DNA of 64,000 nucleotides from a bacterium (lineage in GTDB: Bacteria; Cyanobacteriota; Sericytochromatia; S15B-MN24; UBA4093). The stretch spans positions 771,694 to 835,693 of the forward strand of contig JAGIBK010000001.1 in the NCBI GenBank assembly GCA_017744355.1, written 5' to 3'. The position numbers were made by a program, and so were the translations under genes. Below, one piece after another: positions 17,683 through 27,159 of the stretch. The notes beneath the pieces were generated by a model that saw nothing but the letters and a program-made list of their open reading frames with translations, was not told the origin of the DNA and searched no databases. Position 1 is the first letter of the stretch, and each line of letters begins with the position of its first letter.

Positions 17683-20600
17683 TTAGTTACTCACCGATGC
17701 GCGCCGACCACGGCGAGCCGCAGTAGCCGGCGGTTTCCAAGCCTTGAGGTCGCTGACCGTGAGCTGATGCAGGTGAAGCTGCTCGAGGAGGTAGCCCTCG
17801 AAGAAATCCCCCATCCGCTGATCGTACTCGGGATCGATTTCGTTGTGCCATTGCTTAAGCCAAGGGGTCAGCTCCTGGAGGCCGGCGAAAAGGGGAGTCA
17901 GTCGCTCGGCACTCCACCCTTCGTTGGTCACGATCTGGGTCAGGTAGCTGGTGAGGGCACGGGCTTGCCGTAGGTGGTCCCAGCCCGCCCAACCGACAAG
18001 CAGGCTCGGATCCCCGTCACGAGAACAGTGAGGATAGCTTATGAAGCGCTCCTTAGGCACATCCAGGGCTCCCCGAAGGCGCCAGTAGGTCGCGCTAAGG
18101 AAATCCGCCGACTTGTATTTTGGCGGGGGGGGGATGGTACCCACGTCCTCACCGGCATCCTCGCGGCGCTGTAGCTCCCATGTGCGCTCCCAGACGGCCC
18201 GATGGCGTAGACCCGATTCCTTGTAGCGCAAGACAGGTAGGAAGGGTACGCTTTCGCTCTCAACGAGCTCCGCGACGAGCCGGCGCAGATCGACACCCTC
18301 ATGGCCGACGTAAAGTTCAGCAACCTGGAGGAACTCCGCGTCGGTCTGGGCTTTAGAGGCCAGGTCGTAAACGGTCTGGGGCATTGGGTCTTCATTTGCC
18401 CAGTAGCGGGGATCCTCCAGCCGGTCGATCAGCCACTCGCGCAGGGCCTCCTTTTCGAGTTCCTCCCATGCGGGGGTGTTCCAGCGGCGCTTGTACTCAG
18501 GCTTTTCGATCAGGGCGATATTTCGATCTGACTCGATCAGCGCGATCCGCTTCTCGACGACCGACTTGTAATCATCAGGCCAATGAGTAGGTATTTCGGT
18601 AACAGGAGTAGATCGGTGGCTTTCGAACCAAGCCGTCTCAAGCTCCCCGGCTGCCATTTGTCGGGCCATGACAATCTCGAAGGCCCGTTCGCCAAGTCGT
18701 ACCTCGGGAGGATTAGGATGCGTCAAGTCCTCCTCCGATAGACTATATAGACGATAGCAATGCCAATCAATCTCCTCTTGTATGGCGATCATTCCATGCA
18801 TGGATTTTGTGGCAACCGTATGAGCTCTATCAAGCTCATTTCGATCCAGAACACCATTTTCTGTTAACTTGCTCGGCAAATTCGCGGCGTATTGCTGAGC
18901 AAAATAATCAAGCTGTCTGGTCAAAGCAAGGGGACTTGTCCTGCTTAGTGGAAACTGACCAACCTTTGTGCCGTCGAATTCGTATCGGTTTTCCCAATCC
19001 AAGGTCCCCTTATTGGCATCCTTAGGAAAGCATACCTGTTTTAGCCAAAAGCATGCAATTGAGCTGTTTAGTACACCTAACAGCTTGAGGTGATCGTCCT
19101 CGGAAGCAGTAGATCCAAGCTTAATGACGGGTGCTGTTTGCTTGAAGACCTTCCCACCACGATCAAGCACGAAGTGGTTGTGGGTAGCGACGAAGGCAAA
19201 CACGATTGATAGCGGGAGTTTGTTTCTTTCGATCGGAATCTGATGATACTCGTAATATGGACGGCCGACTTGTTTGTAGGTTTGTTTTCCAAAAGCGGCT
19301 CGGCTTGCCAGTGTGGCTCGATAGTTCCACAAACAGGATGTTGCTATTCCTTCTGGAGCCAATCCAACATTGCCATCATAAGGAAAGAAAATAAGCTGCG
19401 GGGCCTGAAGTGACCACTCACGAACCCCATCGCCGACCGCCATCTGCCGGATATGTTGCTTTGACACGCTACGCGCACGAAGTGCCGAAAGGAAGAACGC
19501 CTCTTCCTCACTCACGATACAACCGAACCCGATACTGGCGACCTGGTCGTCGAGCGCCCCCCCCCCGGCATTGGCGTCGATAAATTCCTTGAGCTCAGCG
19601 GCACCACCTCCCCCGATGCTCCACGGATGCTTTGCCAATGTATTTCGATCGACGTCTGCTACGCTGACGAACTCGCCGGTACTACCCGGCTGGTCCACGA
19701 GTGTACAAATCTGCTGCCACACAAGACCTTTGGCAGGATCTTCCGGAGTGCCTGGCTCGCCCTTGATCCCCATCACCACGCGGATCGCTTGCGCCACCGG
19801 CCCCCTGTGCCTACCAAGGAGGATAACGGTTGGCGTGTTGTGGCCGGGAATTGAAGCGCCAGCCGTAGAGATTGCGTGCGTAAGATCCTGCCTGGGCAGG
19901 AATTCTTCGATCAGCTTCTTGCCAAATTCCCGCTTCATGAAAGAATCTGCAGTGATCATCCCAACGAAACCTGCGGACTGGCTGTCCACGCCGACAATCG
20001 CGAGGTCGAAGAAGCGTTCCGTGAATGGAACTCCAAGCGAATACTTGCGATGGCAAGTTGCGTAAAGTTCCCGATACTTAGCATTGATGGCTGGATCTGA
20101 GGCCGTGATGTACGGGGGATTACCGACCACGGCATGGTACTGCTGGCCAAGAATACGGTTGAGCTCAGCAAGATCCTCTGCTTGGAAGGAATGGCCATAT
20201 CCAGTCTGCTCGAGCCGCTCAGAACCTCCATATACCTCTGAGAAGGCAAAGAGCCTGTCGAATCGCTTGCCATGAAGCAGGCTATCGCCTGTAGCTAAGC
20301 TGATTTTAAAATCTGGCGCCTCTTTCAGCGTTTGCACAAGGCTGGCCTTGAGCGCTGCAATTAGCAGGCGAAAGCGTGCAATTGCCACCGCAAACGGATT
20401 CAGGTCCACCCCGTAGACCCCATTCAGCGCGCGCTGTGCAAGCTCCCTTTCGGGAATAGCGGGTTCAGCCTTGAACCAGCGATCCAGTAGACGCTCGAAT
20501 GCCCCAAGCAGGAAGTGCCCCGACCCGCACGTCGGATCGATGAGCCGAGTTTCCTTCAAGCCGAACTCTTCTAACGCGGGATCGAGCGTGCGATCGAGGA

Positions 20601-21231
20601 TGAACTCCTCGACGAACTCGGGCGTCTGAAGCAACGCATATCGCTTGCGTGCCGACTCCGAGAGGTCCTGGTAGAGATCCCCCAGAAAACGCGTCCGCCA
20701 CTCGGGATCCGTAAAGTCGTGAACCAATTCGCCGGTTTCGGGAACAATGCTCCGCCAAAACAGGAGGAGATCCTTGGCCATGTCCCCAGAAATTGAATAT
20801 GCCCAGAGCGGGTTATGATCCGGATCATACAGGGGAGCAGCCACCTTGAACTGGCGCACCCGCTCGAAGACATCTTGCAGATAGTCGCGGTCGCTCGCCA
20901 TCGGTTGCTTCCGGAAAAAAGCTTCCTGTGCATCCGAGGCCTCCTGCCGACGGTCTCCCGGTCCAGAGATCATGGGGTCGATGAGGCCATTGTCCTCCAG
21001 AAAGCGTACAAAGACGCATCCGAGCAACCAAGCCACCGCCGCCTGGGTGAGTACCCCGTCGCGCCAGACCTCGAAGGCCTCGGCCGTCCGCCCCGCCGCG
21101 CGGGCTGCGTCATACTCGCCTCGTAGCGTTGCACCCATTGACTCGTCGGTCTCGGAGCGCGATCGGAGATCGTCTTCGAGGCGAGTGCAACGGCGCTGCA
21201 AGTCAGTGAGTAGGCGCTTGGGATCAATCAC
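17683..21231 (-). CDS. pglX: BREX N6-adenine DNA methyltransferase PglX
   Basis: 1182 aa. Catalytic NPPY motif (VVGNPPYITA), an AdoMet-binding region, and a long C-terminal specificity region. Position between pglW and pglY. Confidence 0.85.
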   Translation of the reverse strand: MIDPKRLLTDLQRRCTRLEDDLRSRSETDESMGATLRGEYDAARAAGRTAEAFEVWRDGVLTQAAVAWLLGCVFVRFLEDNGLIDPMISGPGDRRQEASDAQEAFFRKQPMASDRDYLQDVFERVRQFKVAAPLYDPDHNPLWAYSISGDMAKDLLLFWRSIVPETGELVHDFTDPEWRTRFLGDLYQDLSESARKRYALLQTPEFVEEFILDRTLDPALEEFGLKETRLIDPTCGSGHFLLGAFERLLDRWFKAEPAIPERELAQRALNGVYGVDLNPFAVAIARFRLLIAALKASLVQTLKEAPDFKISLATGDSLLHGKRFDRLFAFSEVYGGSERLEQTGYGHSFQAEDLAELNRILGQQYHAVVGNPPYITASDPAINAKYRELYATCHRKYSLGVPFTERFFDLAIVGVDSQSAGFVGMITADSFMKREFGKKLIEEFLPRQDLTHAISTAGASIPGHNTPTVILLGRHRGPVAQAIRVVMGIKGEPGTPEDPAKGLVWQQICTLVDQPGSTGEFVSVADVDRNTLAKHPWSIGGGGAAELKEFIDANAGGGALDDQVASIGFGCIVSEEEAFFLSALRARSVSKQHIRQMAVGDGVREWSLQAPQLIFFPYDGNVGLAPEGIATSCLWNYRATLASRAAFGKQTYKQVGRPYYEYHQIPIERNKLPLSIVFAFVATHNHFVLDRGGKVFKQTAPVIKLGSTASEDDHLKLLGVLNSSIACFWLKQVCFPKDANKGTLDWENRYEFDGTKVGQFPLSRTSPLALTRQLDYFAQQYAANLPSKLTENGVLDRNELDRAHTVATKSMHGMIAIQEEIDWHCYRLYSLSEEDLTHPNPPEVRLGERAFEIVMARQMAAGELETAWFESHRSTPVTEIPTHWPDDYKSVVEKRIALIESDRNIALIEKPEYKRRWNTPAWEELEKEALREWLIDRLEDPRYWANEDPMPQTVYDLASKAQTDAEFLQVAELYVGHEGVDLRRLVAELVESESVPFLPVLRYKESGLRHRAVWERTWELQRREDAGEDVGTIPPPPKYKSADFLSATYWRLRGALDVPKERFISYPHCSRDGDPSLLVGWAGWDHLRQARALTSYLTQIVTNEGWSAERLTPLFAGLQELTPWLKQWHNEIDPEYDQRMGDFFEGYLLEQLHLHQLTVSDLKAWKPPATAARRGRRASVSN

Positions 21232-21244
21232 AGGGTTTCTCCGT

Positions 21245-24200
21245 TCAGGGCGTAGGCACGAGCGTGGAGCGATGGCGGTTTTCGAGCCAGGCGTGAGGAA
21301 TGCGAACCCACTCCGAGGCCGTTATCAGGGGGACAGCTTGCCTCTCTAGCTTGGGGGCGGTGCTTTGATCGTCCGATGCAATGAGCACCAAGTAGCCAGG
21401 GGCGCCGGAATCGGAACGAGCACAGTCGTCACGCAGGCGCTCGAGCAACTCCATGTGATCGTACCGGGCGATGAGCGCGTTCTCGACCATGAGGACAGGG
21501 GTGGAACTGGTCGACAGTTCTTGCTCGACCTCACCCATGGCCCGCTTCACCAGGCCCCGCAGGTTGCGCCAAGCGTTCGAGTCACGAGGTGTCCCATCAG
21601 CCGAAACGACCACCTCCCATTTGGCACCCACCGCCTGAGCCGCCGAGCGCAACTTGCGCACTAGGAGCGACTCGAAACTGACGCGATGCACCTCGAAGCG
21701 CTTCGTGATCTCGGCCTCGGCCCGTAGCAGATACTTGGGCTCGATGGCGAGCAAGAGAAAACGCCGGTCGGTGACGGCCCGCTCCAAGCGGGTTTCGAAG
21801 GCCCGAGCATCCAGGATCTCATCCGAGGGCAAGTTCTCGTGGGCCGAGGCGGTGCTCAGACGGTGCAAGGTGGAGGAAGACGCACCCACGAGGTGAATCC
21901 GGGTGGCGTAGGCTCCCCGTCCATCCAGTGCGACGTGATCCCACTCCATTTCGACCCCGGCGGCCTTGATCAGCTCGTCCAGCTGCGGACGCCCCGGCAA
22001 GGGAGCCGCCTCAGGGTAACGGCTCATAACGCGGTCTTGGACCTGTTTGACCGTCAACTCCTTAGGCCCAACGATAGCTCCCGCCCCAAGACGCAGCGCA
22101 CGATCAGCGCCCATGCCACGGGGATAAAGCTCCATGCGGCTGGACAGGCATGCCAATCGAGAGGCAGAACGAGCCAGCAAAAGGCATCGCTCGGGCGTCA
22201 GCTTAGCCATCGCCTCGGGAACAGGCACCGCTTGCAACTCTTCGAGCACCCGCTGCGGGGTCAGGAGAGGATCCGCCGCGGCAAGCTCATCTGCCTTTTC
22301 GCCCAGGCGCTCTGCGTACTGCGCGCGAGCCGACGCAGAATCCGCGAAGGCAGGTGACAAATCCCCGGTCGCGGCGAGGAACAAATGCGCTTTACCGCGA
22401 TAGAGGACGACCTGAGCCTTCTCGCGCACCGTCTCGACCTCGAGCGCGGCGCGAATCGCCGCCACCGCAAGTCGGGTCCGCACGGGCTCCTCGCTAATGG
22501 AGCCCCGCTGGGTCAGAATCGCTGCCGCCAGCTCCTCGCCAGTCATGATGCCGCCATGGCGTTCCAGGATGTCCCCGACATCCTTCCTCAACGCCGTCAT
22601 CCACGTATCGTCCCAGCGCTTGCGCGCGCGCTCAAGCACACTTTCGACCGTCGCTCGCGACACAGCCAGGCGTTCGGCTACGTCTCCCAATGGAAGCCAA
22701 GCGCCAATCCGCTCGTCGAGTCCAAGAATGGCCCTCAACACGGGAATCTCAACATCATCCAAGCGATCGTGGACCAGACGCCGCGAGAGTCGATCAACGC
22801 TCCAGCTCCGGGGATCGGTCTTGATGTCCTCGCTCGACGCTCCAACCTCGGCGTCAACCGCTTCGGGAAAGCGCTTTGCGAGACGCTCGGCCAGATCGCG
22901 AACGTCTTTGATGGTCTTGTTGCCAATCCCCTTGTTGCGGTAGAGGCGAATGCGGGGAAGCGCAATCACCTGCCGTACCGTGGCAGCTCCGAGGCGATCG
23001 AGCGAGCTCAGGATGCGAGGGCTGAGTCCCAGTGAGGCGAGTGGCGAGTCGAGGGTGGCCGAGGCGATGGCCCGATCGAGATCGAAGCCACCGTCGTGAT
23101 CCGTGGTGACCGTCGGTTTGTCGACTTGCTCGAAGACGCGGCGCCATGCCTTGAGCATCTGCTCGGCATTCTCGAAGCGGCGGCGGTAGTCGCTGTGCAG
23201 GGCTTTGGCGAAGAAGTCGGCCAGATCCTCGCGAACCGAAGGGTCGAAGAGGTTGGCATCGAGCGAAACCTCCACCGCGAGAGAGCCCGGGTCGGACTGG
23301 CCGTCTCCCCAAGTCGGGAGTACGCCGGTCGCCATCTCGTAGAGAGTCACACCGGCTGCGAAGCGCTCCGCGTAGAGATCCCAGCGGGGCGGAGTGCGGC
23401 GGCGGAGGAAGGGGTCCAGGTAGGGCGGCGTGCCCGCCCGTAGGTTCTCGACTGGGGTGCCCGAGAGAGAGAAGTCGAAGAGCACCAGCGTGCGTCGGCC
23501 GTTGCGCGTCTCGCCGATGGCGATGTTATCCGGCTTGATGTCCCGGTGCGAGATGCCCTGGGCCTCGAGGTAGGCCACCGCCAAAAGGAGCTCCTCACCG
23601 AAGCGCTCCAGCAAGTCCATGGAGAGGCGCCCCTCGTCGCGGAGCCGTTGCGCCATGGTCTCGCCAGCTCCCGACTGAGTGAGGTGGAGCGCCGCATGAC
23701 CGCTGATTTCGAGGACCTCGTTGAGCGCCACCAGGTGCTGGTGACGCAGGCCCTTAAGCAATTCTCCCTCTTGCCGGATGCGGTCGTTCTGCGCCGGATC
23801 CAGGGCGATCTTGAGGACGCCCTCCTTGCCATCGCGCTCGACCCAGAGGGCGACACTGGTCGCCCCTTTGCCGAGGGGACGCTTGACCACGAAGCCGCCC
23901 TCTAACTTGTCGCCCGGCTTGGCCTCCAGGGGGTTGGCTACGGCCTCGGGATCGGGCGCCGTGATGGCCTCTTCGAGTTGGTAGAGAAGATCCAGGAACT
24001 CGTCCACCGACCCCAAGCGTAGGTCCACGGCTGGAGAGGTGCTGAACTGGATGAGATCTGTGAGTTCCATGCTGGCGCCGTCCAGCGCGTCCTCGATGCG
24101 CAAGCCGTTGCCCGTGGCACATTTGGTCTGAAGCTCATGCAGGCTGGAGGCCGGCGGACGCCCAGAAAAGACGTGGTAAGCAATGGCTCCGAGCGAGAAG

Positions 24201-25456
24201 ACATCCAGCTTGACGCCATCGAATGCCATTCCCGCCAGCGACTCAGGCGCCTGATACAAGAGGCTTTGCGGATCCCCGAACAGGCTCAGGTGCATGCAGC
24301 CTTCCAGGGTGGGGCGCTGGTTGGTCAGGGTATCGCTCGAGCGCTTACCGGCTTGCCAGTCGAAAACCTTGAGGGTCCGATCCTGCGTCTCAGGCTTCGA
24401 AACCAGAACGGTTTGAGGGCTAAGGGCACGGTGGTAGATACGGTGGCGGTGCGCGAACTGCAAGGTCTCGGCAAGCACGCGAACGATGCGAATCCGCTCG
24501 CCCATATCGAGCTTGTCCAGATGCTCGCGCAGAAAGAAGTCGAGACGCTGCGCGTCGGGGTCGTGCTCGAACAGCACGGCCGGTCCCCGCTCGTGCTCGG
24601 TGAAATCGCTGGCCTTGAGAATTCCTGGGTAACTGATCCCGTCGAAAAGCAGGAACTCGCGCTCAGCCGCCTGTCTCCGCTCCACCCGCGAGAGTTCCGA
24701 TGCCTGCAAGGCATTTGGATAAAGGCGGACGCGTCGTAAGACCTTCGGCATGGCGACGTGGTGGGCCGCCCAGTCTTGGTAGGCATCGGTCTCGAGCAAC
24801 AGCTGATCCAGAAGGTAATCGCCGATGCGGCGGCTGCGCTGCGACGGCCGGATCCCCGCCTGGTCCATGGCGCGGGCGAAAGCCCGAGAAACCTCCGCCT
24901 CAAGCGCCCAATGGGCGGGACTTGGCAGGCCCGTTCGGCTATCGACCTCGCCCTTGAGCACCTCCATGATGCTCGGGCGCCCATCGCGCTGGGCCTCGGC
25001 CCGCAAAAATACGCTCGTTCGCCCGGTCTCCGTCAGTTCGCAGCGGAGATCCGGCGCCGACAGGAAGATCACCGGATCGACATAGGGGATGCGAACCTTC
25101 TTGAGCGCCGTTTGGCGAGAGAGGAGGCTCTTGAGCTTCTTCGACTTGCGGTCGGCCAAGAGCAACGGGTTGTCATCCGCCCGGGCTTTGCCGTCTAGAG
25201 ACCAGGTCCATGTACCGCCGTCCCCTTGAAGCAGGCCGGGGCGACTCTTGATCTCGACCAGGAATACCTTGTAGCGGGAGACCACGAGGAGGTCTACCTC
25301 GTTGAGGCTGCCGTCCTCGGCGATGAACTCGAAGTTGCTCCACGCTCGGAACGGTTCGCCATCTGGAAGTCGTTCACGGATGTAGGCCAACGCCTCGCGT
25401 TCCCAGGGGAACTCGGACTCAGAAACGACCGTCCATCGGCTGTTAGAGTTGCTCAT
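21245..25456 (-). CDS. pglW: BREX serine/threonine kinase PglW (N-terminal NERD/PD-(D/E)xK-like domain + kinase)
   Basis: 1403 aa. Hanks-type kinase catalytic loop HRDIKPDNIAIG. The N-terminus carries the NERD-like motif (EVDLLVV...LVEIKS). It is the first gene of the type 2 BREX operon. Confidence 0.85.
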   Translation of the reverse strand: MSNSNSRWTVVSESEFPWEREALAYIRERLPDGEPFRAWSNFEFIAEDGSLNEVDLLVVSRYKVFLVEIKSRPGLLQGDGGTWTWSLDGKARADDNPLLLADRKSKKLKSLLSRQTALKKVRIPYVDPVIFLSAPDLRCELTETGRTSVFLRAEAQRDGRPSIMEVLKGEVDSRTGLPSPAHWALEAEVSRAFARAMDQAGIRPSQRSRRIGDYLLDQLLLETDAYQDWAAHHVAMPKVLRRVRLYPNALQASELSRVERRQAAEREFLLFDGISYPGILKASDFTEHERGPAVLFEHDPDAQRLDFFLREHLDKLDMGERIRIVRVLAETLQFAHRHRIYHRALSPQTVLVSKPETQDRTLKVFDWQAGKRSSDTLTNQRPTLEGCMHLSLFGDPQSLLYQAPESLAGMAFDGVKLDVFSLGAIAYHVFSGRPPASSLHELQTKCATGNGLRIEDALDGASMELTDLIQFSTSPAVDLRLGSVDEFLDLLYQLEEAITAPDPEAVANPLEAKPGDKLEGGFVVKRPLGKGATSVALWVERDGKEGVLKIALDPAQNDRIRQEGELLKGLRHQHLVALNEVLEISGHAALHLTQSGAGETMAQRLRDEGRLSMDLLERFGEELLLAVAYLEAQGISHRDIKPDNIAIGETRNGRRTLVLFDFSLSGTPVENLRAGTPPYLDPFLRRRTPPRWDLYAERFAAGVTLYEMATGVLPTWGDGQSDPGSLAVEVSLDANLFDPSVREDLADFFAKALHSDYRRRFENAEQMLKAWRRVFEQVDKPTVTTDHDGGFDLDRAIASATLDSPLASLGLSPRILSSLDRLGAATVRQVIALPRIRLYRNKGIGNKTIKDVRDLAERLAKRFPEAVDAEVGASSEDIKTDPRSWSVDRLSRRLVHDRLDDVEIPVLRAILGLDERIGAWLPLGDVAERLAVSRATVESVLERARKRWDDTWMTALRKDVGDILERHGGIMTGEELAAAILTQRGSISEEPVRTRLAVAAIRAALEVETVREKAQVVLYRGKAHLFLAATGDLSPAFADSASARAQYAERLGEKADELAAADPLLTPQRVLEELQAVPVPEAMAKLTPERCLLLARSASRLACLSSRMELYPRGMGADRALRLGAGAIVGPKELTVKQVQDRVMSRYPEAAPLPGRPQLDELIKAAGVEMEWDHVALDGRGAYATRIHLVGASSSTLHRLSTASAHENLPSDEILDARAFETRLERAVTDRRFLLLAIEPKYLLRAEAEITKRFEVHRVSFESLLVRKLRSAAQAVGAKWEVVVSADGTPRDSNAWRNLRGLVKRAMGEVEQELSTSSTPVLMVENALIARYDHMELLERLRDDCARSDSGAPGYLVLIASDDQSTAPKLERQAVPLITASEWVRIPHAWLENRHRSTLVPTP

Positions 25457-25489
25457 CCGAACGCAGTAGATCCTCTCTTGATATCTCTA

Positions 25490-25500
25490 ACAGAATTATA
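25490..25500 (-). promoter_or_regulatory. Putative -10 element (TATAAT on the - strand) upstream of pglW
   Basis: The + strand ...agaattatact... reverse-complements to AGTATAATTCT, about 35-40 bp upstream of the pglW start, inside an AT-richer intergenic segment. Confidence 0.3.
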
Positions 25501-25594
25501 CTGGCGCCAGGCCTCAGTTGCTAGGTCCCAGGGCAGGCGTTCTTCCAAGACCTGCCGTCAATCTGGCGTCACTGGAGAAGTGTGGCCCGCCCCT

Positions 25595-25834
25595 CTAGCG
25601 AAGATGGCCAATTTTGCCCTCCTGACGAAGCCCCTCCGCAATGGCTTGCATAACCTCCGCTAAGTCCACTGTGCGCTCAAAGTCCACCACCGCCAGGTCC
25701 GGTAGGGGATCCATTTGCTCAACCTCGGCCTCAGTGAAGGCGATCTCGACGTCGTAGCCGCGAGCCTTGAGCTGCTCCTTGAGAAATTCGAGCAAGTCGG
25801 GGCGTGGGTCGACAATCGCGATCCGTAAAGGCAT
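25595..25834 (-). CDS. Small receiver (CheY)-like fragment protein, 79 aa
   Basis: RIAIVDPRPDLLEFL...DLAVVDFE resembles the N-terminal two-thirds of a response-regulator receiver domain. It is truncated relative to a full roughly 120-aa receiver. Confidence 0.3.
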   Translation of the reverse strand: MPLRIAIVDPRPDLLEFLKEQLKARGYDVEIAFTEAEVEQMDPLPDLAVVDFERTVDLAEVMQAIAEGLRQEGKIGHLR

Positions 25835-26025
25835 CGTGCGTTCTCCTTCGGATGGCTGCCCGTTTGCTGGGCTAGCGACAGCAGACTGTCGAGCCCTTTA
25901 CCGGGGACTGTCCACCACGTCGACAAGGGTGCTCGACCTGCACTGATTCAGCTTCACCCGTTAGCAGCAGGCTCAGTTGGCAAGCCCCGACAGTACCATA
26001 CCCGTGGTTACCCCCGCCCTCCAGG

Positions 26026-27159
26026 TCAAGCGGGTTTTTCAATCTCAGGGAAGCTGCTTAATGTCAACAGTCGCGCCCGGATATCCTTCGACGAGGCGGT
26101 CAGATCCACTGTGGCGAAGCGAATCTGGTGGCCCTGGATTACGACGCTTTCGTCCACACTGGCCCCTGCCGAAGGATGCAGCAACATGCCGAAGGCCTGG
26201 TCGGCCATAGGGTCACCTCGATCCACCTGGGACCGCAGATAAGCGTAGATCTGGTAGAGGTATCCGCTTCGCAGAGTTGCATCGCTGTACCATCCCTTCG
26301 CCAAGATGGTCGTGAACTTGGTGTCGATGACAATGCGTCGGTTCGTCGGCACGTGCTCCAGGATCACATCGGTCCGCATGGCAGGCAGGATGGCATCGAT
26401 TCCAGGGGTCTTGGCTTCGATGGCCCACCCCAGCGGGGCGCCCGTCCGCACCCGCCACCCCTGAGGAGTGAGCGTCACAGCGTAGAAGCCCCCGACGGCC
26501 TTCTCAAAAAGGCGGCGCACCCAAGTCTCCTCGCGCTCGGGCTGAAGCATGGCGTTAGGGCCCGCCGCCTCGGTGGGTAACGCCAGATCAAAGGCCAGTT
26601 TGGCCGCAGCTACCATGAATCGATCGGCGGTGTCGTTGCGCCCGAAGCGATCGGCGCTGATCTGGGCCCGGGTCGGAGGATTGCCGGACACCCCCATCGC
26701 TCGCAGGTCGCCCGCCATGGAGCGACAGCGGTGCGCCAATTCTGGGCGCCGAACCAGTCGGGCGATCTTCTCCAGGGCGGCTCGGACAAAACGGTTGCGC
26801 GGCGTATCGACCGTCAACTCGTCGAAATGGCAGGCCACCAGCCCCCGGGACAGAAGTTGCCGCCGCTCGGTGCCGATCAGGTCGATCCGACCTCGAACCC
26901 GGTTCAAGACGGCGTCCCGCGATTGGTAGCCATACGTGAGCTGACGGCGCTGCCGCTGTTCGACCGCCTGAGCCAGGATCTCCGCGACCAGGCCCGGCAA
27001 GTCCTCCAGGTCGTCCTCCTGACCGAGCGAACCATCGCCCCGAGTTCGATAGAGCTCCGAAGCGTAGAGCATCAGCAGCCAGAGGTTGCGCACCGGGATG
27101 CGGCCGATGAATCCGGCCGCATCCGAAGCTATCTCCTGCGCCGCCAAGGAGCTGCTCAT
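26026..27159 (-). CDS. mcrC: Type IV restriction endonuclease subunit McrC
   Basis: The N-terminal IPVRNLWLLMLYA matches the McrC IPIRNLYYMLTYA region. C-terminal PD-(D/E)xK core VIDTKFT and YLYQIYAYL follow the E. coli McrC pattern. 4-bp overlap with mcrB. Confidence 0.8.
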   Translation of the reverse strand: MSSSLAAQEIASDAAGFIGRIPVRNLWLLMLYASELYRTRGDGSLGQEDDLEDLPGLVAEILAQAVEQRQRRQLTYGYQSRDAVLNRVRGRIDLIGTERRQLLSRGLVACHFDELTVDTPRNRFVRAALEKIARLVRRPELAHRCRSMAGDLRAMGVSGNPPTRAQISADRFGRNDTADRFMVAAAKLAFDLALPTEAAGPNAMLQPEREETWVRRLFEKAVGGFYAVTLTPQGWRVRTGAPLGWAIEAKTPGIDAILPAMRTDVILEHVPTNRRIVIDTKFTTILAKGWYSDATLRSGYLYQIYAYLRSQVDRGDPMADQAFGMLLHPSAGASVDESVVIQGHQIRFATVDLTASSKDIRARLLTLSSFPEIEKPA

